In this document: positions 28,596 through 39,889 of the stretch, piece after piece
How the letters are laid out: each line of letters begins with the position of its first letter
How positions within the stretch are numbered: position 1 is the stretch's first letter
DNA from: Paramecium tetraurelia
Lineage: Eukaryota
NCBI GenBank assembly: GCA_000165425.1
Contig: CT868653.1
Coordinates: 248,001-312,000, forward strand
Length of the DNA stretch: 64,000 bases
Reading direction: 5' to 3'
Program-made: the position numbers and the translations under genes
Notes under the pieces: model-generated
What the model was told of the DNA's origin: nothing
Seen by the model: only the letters and a program-made list of their open reading frames with translations
Database searches by the model: none

Positions 28596-29571
28596 GATTT
28601 TGTTTTGATTTTCAAAAAAAATTTTAATAAAGATTTTAGTTTACAAATAGCAATGTATTTCTTTAACAAAATATACATTAATATATTTTCAAAAGAATTT
28701 AATGGAATTATAATAATACCTCCCACATATTCAATATATAAACTCTGTAGATCTTGAAAGGAATGCTATAAACAATGCTACTCTTATTGTGATTATATCT
28801 TAGTAACTCATTAAAATCCCTCATTCAAGAAAAGGGAGCGACTTCAAAAAAATTGATTTAACAGTTCTCAAAAGTACCATTATAAGATATTGAATTCACT
28901 TAATATATTTTTTCAAAGTAATTCAAATCTTACAGAACCTTAGTTGATAATTATATAAAAAAATTTATAACAATGAATTCTCTATTACTTAAATGGTTTA
29001 TTTAAAATGGTTAATCTGATATGGGTTGTGGCTAGTGAAGAATCAAGCAAGATTAATCATATCTAATTAAAGATCATGAAAAATAGAAACAATTATTGCA
29101 AAAGATTTTTTGGGAACATATAAGAATATGAGCAGTTTCTTTAAAATTTATAAATTTAATAAACCCTAAAGTTACCAATCAACTTTGTAACTAATACTTT
29201 ATTTTGAATCGTAAAATTAATTATTGTTGGTATATCATTACAAACTAAGATATGTGGGAAATGAATAAAGAGATATAATAAACATATGAATTTCTATTTT
29301 GGCTTAGGTATTTAATCAAAATTAATATTTAAATTAAATAGCTTAATAATACTTAGGCTAAATACAATTAATAGGAGGTATAGGAGAGACTAAAATAAGA
29401 TAAAATATGTATATATAACGTCTTTTATTAAGTTAGCTTCTAATTGAATCATCAAGGCTATTGAGATTTTTTCAAAGAAATCAATCAATTTATCTAAGTT
29501 CTAACTTTTTAATAGAATATACCAAAGAGAGTTAATGAAAAAAGGAGAAATAATCAAATGATTATAATTCT

Positions 29572-30482
29572 TCATTAAAATTCAAGAGTATTATTTTAGT
29601 AATCAACTATTGCACTCTTTAATTAAATGTTTGGAATTTAATTCCCCCAGATGACCTACCTTGTCGCAGGATCATAAGGTCCATTGACCCTTATGCACTC
29701 ATTTATAGAGCATTTCTCGTAGGTGTGTCCACTACTCAATAACACAGGTTCACACATAGCTTCTTGTGTTATGACACAGGTGTAGTACTCAACGGAATTA
29801 GGCACATAATGTTCCTTTGTTCCTGGATATGAGAGTTTATTTAAGTTGATTATTTTGCCATAGAATTTAGTTAGTTTCTCCTTCAAATTTAGGAATTCTG
29901 AAAATATAAGAATAAGACACCTTTATAATTTTCTGATTTTTCCAATTTGGCCTTTAGAATAAGTCCTTGCGAATAATTATAATTAATGCTTTCTTTTAGT
30001 TGAGGTTTTAAATCAATATGCTTTTAAGCTTGGTTATTTGATTATCTCTATACCTTAAATCAAGAAGTTAACACCTTCTTATGCTTAAATCAAACATTTA
30101 TCTTGCTAACCTAAGATTAAATGAACAGTCCCCAAAATAAAGTAAGCTCGAACATTCTTATTGTCTAGTTATAATGCTTGGAGGGCATCTTTCTTGACAT
30201 TTACATAATCCTCGATAGTTCGATAGGCAACAGCACGATTCGAATAGTATATAGATTCTTTATTATATAAATTCTATTTTCCATCAAATATAGTACTATA
30301 GCCTATGTATATGCAATGATAGCTTCTTTAAAAAGTTTTTACTGCATATATTGGTTACCTTCCTCCTTGTATTTCTATGATTATTCTTTTATTTCAGTTT
30401 CTGACAGACTCTGGGTTACCTAAGGCAGACTTTCGATTTTCGGAGGATTTTACTTTAAAGGAGTATCACAACAATTACCCAT
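29572..30482 (-). CDS. CHIP/STUB1-like TPR + U-box E3 ligase with MGNCC N-terminus
   Basis: TPR: KEEGNQYM..EAIIAYTQAI..IYYSNRAVAY..RAYFILG. U-box: YYTCVITQEAMCEPVLLSSGHTYEK..DPATR..PNIQLKSAI. Confidence 0.85.
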
Positions 30483-30500
30483 TTCTTTTTATAATAAATA

Positions 30501-31630
30501 TCAATATTCAATTTTATGTTATTATAAATATTCTTTATTATAAAATTTACTCAAATATCTTTATCCAGAATCGCATAAGATAGTAACAAAAACCTTACAT
30601 TCTGGGTACTTCTCAACGGCTTTCAGAACAGCCACACAATTCATAGCACTAGAAGCCCCTACAAACAGTCCCTCCTTTTCAATTAAAAATTCAGCCATCT
30701 GTATTGATTCTAAAATTATCACATAATATTACCCTTATCTTATATAGTAAACCCATAATCGATTTTTGCTTGCAAATAATTTTTGGTCAATCTATTCAAC
30801 CCACACCCTTCTATCACAGTATCGAATGGATTCTTCAGTCTATGACCCTCGGCTTCTTAGTAAGTGTAACATACTCCACTATTGACATGAGTTTTCAAAG
30901 ATGAGCCAGGAGGGTCTGCTAGTATAACTTTGATATTTTTATTTTTTCCCTTCAAATATTGAGAAATCCCAGCGATTGATCCTCCTGTTCCTGAAGACAT
31001 AACAAAACAATCTATCAGACCATTTGTTTATTTGTAAATTTCCTTGCCTGTTTAAAAATGGGCTTATTAATTGGCCAAATTATGAAATTGATCAGCATAA
31101 TATCCACCTTCAATGTATGCTTGTTTTTCTGCTTTCTTACAAAAATGCTCTGAATCAACAATTGAAACAGGTGGTACTTTTTCGATGATCGCACCGCATG
31201 TTTATAAAATGTTGTATTTCTCTTAAGCCAAATCATTTTGCAAATATAACTTGCACTTGCAACCTAAACTATTTCCAATCAGAGTTAGACTCACTCCTGT
31301 GCTTCCTGATGTCCCCTCATAAATAGTGTTATTTTTGACTCCCAAATGTCCATGCTGTATACCGTATTATATTAATGCCAAAGCAGTTCTATCCTTCATG
31401 CTACTTCCAGGATTCATAAATTCACACTTGGCCTAAATTCTAATGCTATAAAATACATATATCTCTCTCCCTGTCTACTCTGAGAGGCTCTTTAAATATA
31501 TTAAAGGAGTGTTTCCAATGATGTCTGCTAATCGTTTCTTAGGAATCTATCTCCTCCTCAAATAGGAGTATGTTATGGCCACTGCCAAGATGGATGTGCC
31601 CATCAATGCTTTTAACCATAATTTTTTCAT
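30501..31630 (-). CDS. Cysteine synthase-family PLP enzyme (MCY1/Cys12-like) with N-terminal hydrophobic anchor
   Basis: IIGNTPLI, KCEFMNPGSSMKDR (PLP Lys), EGTSGSTG, SSGTGGSIAG, VTILCDSGQRYLSKFY. Confidence 0.9.
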
Positions 31631-32203
31631 TAAATATTGATTTTTATAATATCATCATTTCTTTTATGTTCTGCAACAGGTTTCTTCTTGTTCTTAAATA
31701 ATCTATCTATGATGAGTGTATCCTATTAATCAAATCTGACACACAGATATTCACCCAAAAATATGGTCAGAATACTTATAATAGTATTTAGAATCAGCCA
31801 CATGTTATTGAATTCTGATGAACTCAACACGCAACAAATAATGAAATGCCATAATTACAAAGAGAATACAAAATCCAGAACCTTACTTCCTTTAACTACG
31901 ATAAAGATCTACGATTATAATCACAATACCAATCCGCTTACAACTACCAAAATGTTGAATATGTTGCTCAATAGATTGACACTAAAGTAAGTATCATAAG
32001 TGAAGATCCCAAAGTCCCAAATTTATCCTAAATGAAACTAATCATTATTGATTCATTTAATACTTTACTTATAATCCAACAGCAAAATCCAAAAATAGAC
32101 ATACCACTATCAACCCACTGTAATAGGTGCATAATAGAGAAAACAATTGAATAAGAATCATCTTACTATTGAAATTGTCCTTCCTTTTAAAACGTTCTTT
32201 CAT
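31627..32203 (-). CDS. SYS1: Golgi membrane protein SYS1
   Basis: MILIQLFSLLCTYYSG...SKVLDFVFSLQLWHFIICC...WLILN...IFLGEYLCVRFDQ: the four-TM SYS1 pattern with the GEYLC motif. Confidence 0.8.
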
Positions 32204-32222
32204 TAAATAAATAAAATAACTA

Positions 32223-35200
32223 TCATTAAACAAACTAAATTGATTTGTAATTCTATTCCAACTGTTTTATAATTTCTGTTGACAAGGAGGAACTTGTATA
32301 AATTTACAATCATACTTAGAGATTTTGAATATGAGTGTGCAAGAATGTTCTCCTTTTAGAGATTGAATCTCTTTTAAGAATAAATCGAATCCATTATTTA
32401 TTCCCTTGCAATCTCGTAAGTCTAAGGTGAATTTTTGGAGTTTTTGCTTGCTTATCAAGATGGCTACCCAAGTCAGAATGCTTGTGAGCAAACTAGAAAT
32501 ATCAATTAGCTTTTCTTATCTATACTAATAAATAATGTATACTTGTTAAATATTATTTGAGTCTAATTCAATGATTATAAATACTTCAACTCAGTTACAA
32601 GTTTCTTCGTTGATATTTATCTACTGCTTATGTAAAATTTTTAAAGATAAGCTGCCTTGTAATTTTTCAAAAAGAGTTACACATCATCAAACACAATTTG
32701 ATTGCAATTTTTCAACTTTAAGATTTTCAAATGTTAAATTTTTGAGGAATAAATTAATTTTAACACTTCACCATTTATTTTTGTGTTTGATAAATTTATT
32801 GAAATGATATTAGTAATAAATTAGGATTATAGAAAATGTTTCATTCCGTATTGAGTGATATCCTGATTCTTTAAATTCAAATATTCAATATTCTGCAAAC
32901 CTTGTGAATGAGCTATCCTTTTAAGAGTTTCATCTCTGATATAGGTATTCTCTTCCATGTCATTTTAAGACATGTAACCATATTTTTCTAAGCTTCTAAT
33001 ATTCTCAAACAGACTATTGGTCGTACGTATACAAATCTTAAAATCAATAATTTGCGACTCCCATAGCTTAGAAGTTGATTGCACCAATATCACTTTCTTA
33101 CCTAGAGGCGTTTCTAAAAACTTCTTAATATCCTTCTCTGTTAATGAAGTCTTATTTAGATTCAATTGATTCAGATTGGGCAAATAGACAGGCGTGAATA
33201 ATTTAAGGAGATTGGCATCAACCCACTTATTATTAGAGATATCTAATAGAGTTAATTTCTAAGCTTTGTCACAAATGATGAAATCTTCGAATTATTGACA
33301 CTACTAGCATCCAGCCATCCTTAATTTGTGAAGCTTATTAAGATTGTCTGAATTTATCAAAGCAGTTACTGTTTAAATGGATAATTAAGTGTAGGACAAA
33401 TCTAAATCCCTCACTTAAGTAACAGATTGACTCATCAAAATCAACTTAAGTTAGCTGTCCTTGATTAATGAATTATTGAAACTTAGCACTTCAATCTAGT
33501 AATGAGAATGAGATACATACCTGAGAAATCATGTCATCTGCAAATAGCCATTCCAATGTTTGAGAAGATAATGAAGTAGTCTATAGAATTAATTCACTCA
33601 CATTTTATTTTTATTAGTTGAGACATTCTAGAACAATCTAGGATTCCAATAGATCAGACTATATTTCAATATCCTTGTGTTGGTTTTGACTGACCTTCTT
33701 CTTTTGCTTAACACAACAAGCAGTTGTAGATTTTGTTTAAACTACCTGAGATTAGATAAGCTTTCGATTCTGTACATCTTTTTATTACTTCTATTGCGTA
33801 TCCTTTTAATTCTATCCATCAAATCTTATATATAAATAATTGTTATTCTTATCCTTGAGAAAAATCTATTTCTCAATAACGTATCTCCGAATTTCGAAAT
33901 GAGTTATTTTGTTTCTAAGATTCTTAATAAATCTATTAATGATTAGACATATGATTTCAGTGTCATTCAAATCCAGCAAATCAATGACAGTAAAATCATA
34001 CGGTTATTGATATCCAAAATATTTCTGAGTTGCTGTATCAAATTCGAATTTGTAATAAAACCTCCCTACTATGAAATCTTCTTCAGCCAATCTTTCACTT
34101 ATATTAAGGAAAAACTAAGCCTCTAATCCATTGATAGTCGTCTTTGAATCTAATAAACCAAAATAAAATTGGGAGTTGATTGTCAATTAGTGTTCTTCGT
34201 GGTGATCATCTATTTTATTAATGAGTTTGCCATAATCAATATTGATTTCTTTGTAATTTAGGTCGCTCACTGTATTGTATAGATGCAATTCTCCTTTTCC
34301 ATGAGGTAAATTATTCTGCCAATGTCCAGAATAAAGGATTTAAAGTTGATTTTAGACTAAACTTTATTTTGCACTGAGATTCTACTTAGATTCTTACAGT
34401 TAGGTAACTTAGCTGATATCGAAATCCTGCTCATCATCACAAATAGATTTCTTATCCTTCTTATGCCTTTGAATCTTAAATATTAAATCATTCTTGGGTG
34501 CCTTATACATAATACCATATCCATCTCTCTCTTACTTTTCCTTATTGTAAGAACCCTAATAAATTTGAGATTTCAAACTGTAGGCCAATTAGCAAGTGCC
34601 TTATTCTGATTTCCAGATTGCTGGCACAAACTATTAGGTGAATGAGGTTTAAATGGATGCACAAATCTGAGAATTAAATAGGGTGGCTAATTCAATGGTA
34701 GAGATCCTTGTGTCTTCGTGTTCATCTAGTAGCAACTTTAATAAAGGCTTGATTCTTTTCAATTTGTGATCGAATAGGAAGAACTTTTCAGAATAAAGAT
34801 AGATTTCGTATTTTTCAATTAAAGTAGGTAAATTTTATTGTCTTTATTCATAAAAGAGACATTCGATTTGCTTTTTTAAATTAATTTTGTCGTTGTGAAG
34901 TAATAATTACAAAAGGACTAATCCTAGAGAGTAGATATCTGATTTAAATGGATTATGTTTAAAATTGTTGGAGATTGCATCAATGGTATGTGTAATGTGA
35001 ATATCAAGTTATTATTTTTAATTGGTTGAGAGATAGTGTTCGAATTTTAATGGAGACATATATAATATTGTGCCAAATATTTAATTAATTTCAACTTAGT
35101 CTTGATCTTTTGGAACTTATCTGATTGCTCCAAAATCATGCAATATGAATTTACCATCTTGTATCAAAATGTTTTCAGGTTTGATATCATTGTGAGCTGA

Positions 35201-36088
35201 TTCTAATAACTATTAAAGTAAATTGCTTACATCTTCCAATGTGCAGATTGTATAACTAATCAACAATATCTTTGATGATTTGTAAGATCTCATAATCCGT
35301 GAAATTCTCCTTCATGTGTTGCTTTCTCTCTATCAAATCTTCCAAAGTGTTCTGTGCCAATTCTTCTTCTATGATTAGGATGTCCTCCACTTCCAAGATC
35401 TGATACTGAAACAAATAGTTTCCCACAAAGTTTTCAGCCACATCCTAATTGATCTGTCTTTACATCAAAGCTGCATATAGATTTTCTTATGTGTTTTGAG
35501 ATATTTTCACAGCCACCAAATGTTCTTGTTAATTCAGAGCTTTGAATGCTTGGGATTAGGCTCCAGATCCTACCTTTTTAATCTCTCTATAATGTAACAA
35601 GGCTAATAAATCAATGAAATCTCTGGTGGTTTTTAAATCACAAAACCTGTATTAATTTTCCAGAATTATTTAAGTATATTGTTTTTATTTGGACGTTACA
35701 GTGTTTCTGCTGTGTGTTCTGGTTTCTTCAATGCATGACATTTTTAGCAATTGGCTAAAAGTTGAAAGACTTCTTTTTTTTGATTGCTTCCTTTTCATCT
35801 CCATAGGTTTTGATTTAAAGAAGTCAAGTATGTGTGGATCATTATTCTTGTAATTCTATTTACTTTTGTGCACAAATCCAAAAGCCATGGGAATAATTCA
35901 CTACTCTCATCTGGCATTTAAGTACTGAAGACATCCTATGCAAATTTTGATACTTCTTCAAGTTTATGTTCGACCATCCAAAACGTTTGCAAATTCTTAT
36001 TATAGACCTTAAAACACATCGAATTTGTCGAATCTTCACTTTAGTCTAAATCTATCTCTACTTCAATATTATTTAATAAATAATCCAT
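32223..36088 (-). CDS. Multidomain protein kinase: PX-like N-terminus, kinase, MORN-like repeats, LRRs
   Basis: Kinase motifs GSGAQSQAF, VAVK, HNDIKPEN, DFG. MORN-like YSGHWQNNLPHGKG and YQGSYNK..DGYGIMY. LRRs DLDLSYTQL, LLDISNN, LNQLNLNKTSL. Confidence 0.72.
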
Positions 36089-36169
36089 TAATTTATATAA
36101 TCCATTACTCTAAACAAAGGATTTATATAATAGACAATTACTGTGATAATATTTATAACATAAAATCAA

Positions 36170-36671
36170 TCAAGGATAAAATGAAGGGTAATACCTTATT
36201 GGAGGATTGGATATTATTGAACTTGATTCTCTCATTTATAAATTAATACCTCTAAACAATATTATTCTTTTCTACAGGAATCTACTCCTAGTAGTTACCC
36301 TTGTACAAATTTTGAGGCATTTTAACTCCAATGTCTCTTCTTGGTTCATACTGAGTCTGCGGCTGGTCTGGAATGATGTAGGCTAACATGCCATAGGATT
36401 CAGATCTCAACTCTAGAGTGAACTCGTCACCGTAAACAAACGAAAACTCCATTTTGGCATCATTGGAATATAATATTATACTCCAACGAAATCCTAGGAA
36501 TTACATTGATCAATTACTAAATCTTTATTCAATTTCAGATTTTATAGTATCAGCTCTTTAGCTTAACAAATAGGGATCCTTAGTATCAGTGATAGAAAAT
36601 AAGTGAACCAATTCATCTCTTAATTGATTGGTGACTTAATTGCCTTGTTTCATGACTTCAATTCTGTCCAT
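36170..36671 (-). CDS. Divergent LC8-fold-like protein
   Basis: ADTIKSEIEQRFGFRWSIILY..FSFVY..FTLELRSESYGMLAY parallels the LC8 helix-2/beta-sheet pattern. 3' end uncertain. Confidence 0.45.
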
Positions 36672-36821
36672 TTCTACAATATTTGCGATTGATAATATTA
36701 ATTAATAAATAAAATTGCAATAAAATCAAAGATCGTTAGATTTATTATATTATAACATATTATTTATTATGAATATGATATATATATTGAATGTGTAATA
36801 ACGATATGTCTAAATAAATTA

Positions 36822-37957
36822 ATGTCAAAATCTATAGGCAAATATGTATATGACGAAAAAAACTTAATTGGTTCTGGTGCTTTTGGGAAGGTTTACCGAG
36901 GGTTAGACACAGAAAAACAGATGGAAGTAGCAATTAAAGGTAATGAATACCAAAACGACATTAGTTTCTTCAATAAAAAATGTTAGAAAAGAGGTCTTGG
37001 CCATCATCGAGAATGAGATTTAAGTAATGAAAAGACTGGAGCACCCGAATTTGATTCAACTATACGATGTTTTTGAATAAAATGACGAGAAGATAGTTGT
37101 GATGGAGTTATGTAAGCGAGATTTAAAAGACTTACTCACCAAGAGGAATCTTCAAGAGAATGAAGTTTTACACATCGTACTTCAATTGGCAACTGGTTTG
37201 AAAGAATTGGTCAGATTGGGGTTACTTCATAGAGATGTAAAACCCGCAAACTGCTTTGAATGTGGAGGTATCTTTAAACTCGGCGATTTTGGATCTGTTG
37301 TTGAAGCAGACTACAGTGGAAAGAAATTAATGAAATAACAATTTGGTACTTTAGCTTATGAAGCACCTTAAATGATGATGAAAGATAAGTATAGTGTCAA
37401 ATGCGATATTTGGTCTTTGGGAATACTCATTTATGAATCTCTTTTTGGATAGCTTCCTTGGCAATGTCAATCTGAAGGGTAGTATCTGAGGGCCATAAAA
37501 ACATGGGGTGTTAGATTTCCGATGGGGAAGAGAATTTCAAATGAGTGTAAGGATTTCATTATAAGATGCTTGGTTATCCAAGAACATAATAGAATGGATT
37601 GGGATTAATTATTTGAGCATAGATGGCTTAATATCAAAGAGCACGAAAGAAAATTTGTAAACTTGATATTTATTATTAAAATAGAACAACTCATTAGTTT
37701 TTGAATAAATTGAGGATTAACTGTTAGATCATCTTAATGAAGTGGCTACATAATAGCATTTCCATCCACAAGAAACCTTCCAGAGATACGATTTCGATAA
37801 CAAAGGAGTGTTGGACTATTTAAAATTCGAACGATTTTTGATATAATTTGATCCCCGACTAACCAAAAAAGAGATGATGGCCATTTTTGTACATTTGGAC
37901 AAGCATAAAAAAAATGTAATAGATCTTTCTTAATTCTAATAAATATTTAGTAAATGA
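36822..37957 (+). CDS. Ser/Thr kinase (ULK/CAMK-like) with two C-terminal EF-hands
   Basis: IGSGAFGKVY, VAIK, HRDVKPAN, DFG, GTLAYEAPQ, DIWSLG. EF-hands FQRYDFDNKGVLDYLKF and LDKHKKNVIDLSQF. Confidence 0.85.
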
Positions 37958-38220
37958 GATTTAATCTTATATTTAATATTTACAATTGATTTCTTTTTAA
38001 AATGATATAGATACCTAATTTATGATAGAATCAGTTTGGCAATAATTATAATTTCAATAGCAATTGAATTTGAATCAATAATCAAAAGGATATAATACTA
38101 ACACCTAGGATTTGTTATATTACTCAAATTTCTAACATTAACATTAGTTTTAATTTTTAATTATGAGATAATTATGAATTTAGCAATTTTATTTAAATTC
38201 AAAATTATAAAATACTACAT

Positions 38221-39305
38221 ATGAATGATTTGACAAGTCTTTTGAATCTTAAAAGAGAATAGTTTTCTGTCCACATCAGGAAACAAAGAAATGAAAACTA
38301 ATTTAAAGAATCAAGAAAACATTATATTTCATCACTCTTTTCTCAGCAAATATAGATGCAAGAAATAAGCGCCAAAATAAGAGACAAAATAGAAAGAGGG
38401 GAATAACTCAGTGGTGAATTGTTGATAATAATAGTGGAGAAGATTGAAGAAGTTTTGGAGAGAGAAAACAATCTTAAATTATTAGATGTAGTTCAATGTG
38501 ATTATGTAGACTATTGATGCAGCTGTCTGGATGTTGAAGTCTGTAGATGTATAAACTTATGAAGATGAACTCAGTGATAATCATAAGATGCAAAGAATTA
38601 TAGATATCATGATACCACTTTCTTAAGGATATTCTACCCACCATGAGCAAATGAACTAATAAATTATCATATATGCTGCAAAAGTATAATTTGTCTATCA
38701 TGTAGTTTCTTAAATACTGGACAATGATGGATGACAAATCAATTTACAACTACTATGGTGAAGTGGCTGAAACAGTCTATTTCCTATTGAATAAATAAGA
38801 AGTCATCTTTATCAAGAGAGGAGTTGAAATTATGTTTAACCTCTTCTAATGTGATGATGGAAGATTGTTGTCCAAATTGCATGAACTGCTCATTTGTGGT
38901 CAAAATCTTGTTAAACCCATATGCATACTATTATAAACCTAGCAAAATCATGACATTTAAACAACACTTTAGAAGATAGTACTACAAACCTTCTTGATGC
39001 AAGAAAGAAATGGTATGGATCAATACTTAAATTACACAAATCAAGATACTACATTTTTTGATATTTTAATTGAACTAGTCTAAGAATCAGAAGAGAATAG
39101 TCGAAAACTCTTTCGTTATCAATTACATTTAATCCATCTAATACTGGATTACTCTTAGACTGAAAGAGAATTGCTGTATGATCATTTCAAATGGAAAATG
39201 AATTCCTCAGAATTTAAAATTAAAATGTAACAAAATTGGTTATTTCATCAATGGAGTTCCATTTAGAAAGTTGCAAATTAAATCCAAAATCACTTAGAGG
39301 AATGA
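38221..39305 (+). CDS. Divergent importin-alpha-like protein (IBB-like N-terminus, ARM-like body)
   Basis: KREQFSVHIRKQRNENQFKESRK resembles the IBB domain. The body is helical and Leu-rich. TGA 39303-39305. Confidence 0.55.
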
Positions 39306-39889
39306 CCAAATGAATTCAATAACCAGTTTTGTTATTAGTTTTTATGATAAAATTGATTCCATTCTTCCCTTTGGTTGATTACATATCATAATCTAAAACA
39401 ATTATTATTCACATCTTATTGATTCTAAGTATATAATTAAGTATGTTAATATCTAAGTCTCCAACTAAGATATATAGCTTCTGCATATTTATAAAATATC
39501 ATTTTAATCATATATTAGGAATAAATTTTAGTATATTGAAATGATATTTTTAATAAAAACATTGCAATGTTTAAAAAAATCGGAATTATTCTCACTATTG
39601 TTTCAACTGTCCCAAAAGTTCTTAATTTTGTTCAAACTAAATTCTAATAATATTAACAATCATAAAAAGTACAATGTTTATATTAATCTGACGATGTAGA
39701 ATAATCTACAGTATTCTAAGGTGATATAACATAAGAATAGAATAAACAAATAGTTTTTAAAAAAATGTATTCTTATTCATAATTTTTAGGGAAGAAGTTT
39801 AAATATAAATAATAGAGTTTCTTGATCAATATAATTTTTAGAAATTATATAATACGAAATAGATAAAACAACATTTTTATAATGAAAAG

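Noticed and set aside
32200..32330. In-frame fusion of the kinase-LRR gene with SYS1 if unspliced
   Set aside because: A canonical 23-nt intron gives a normal stop at 32223, which is the simpler model.
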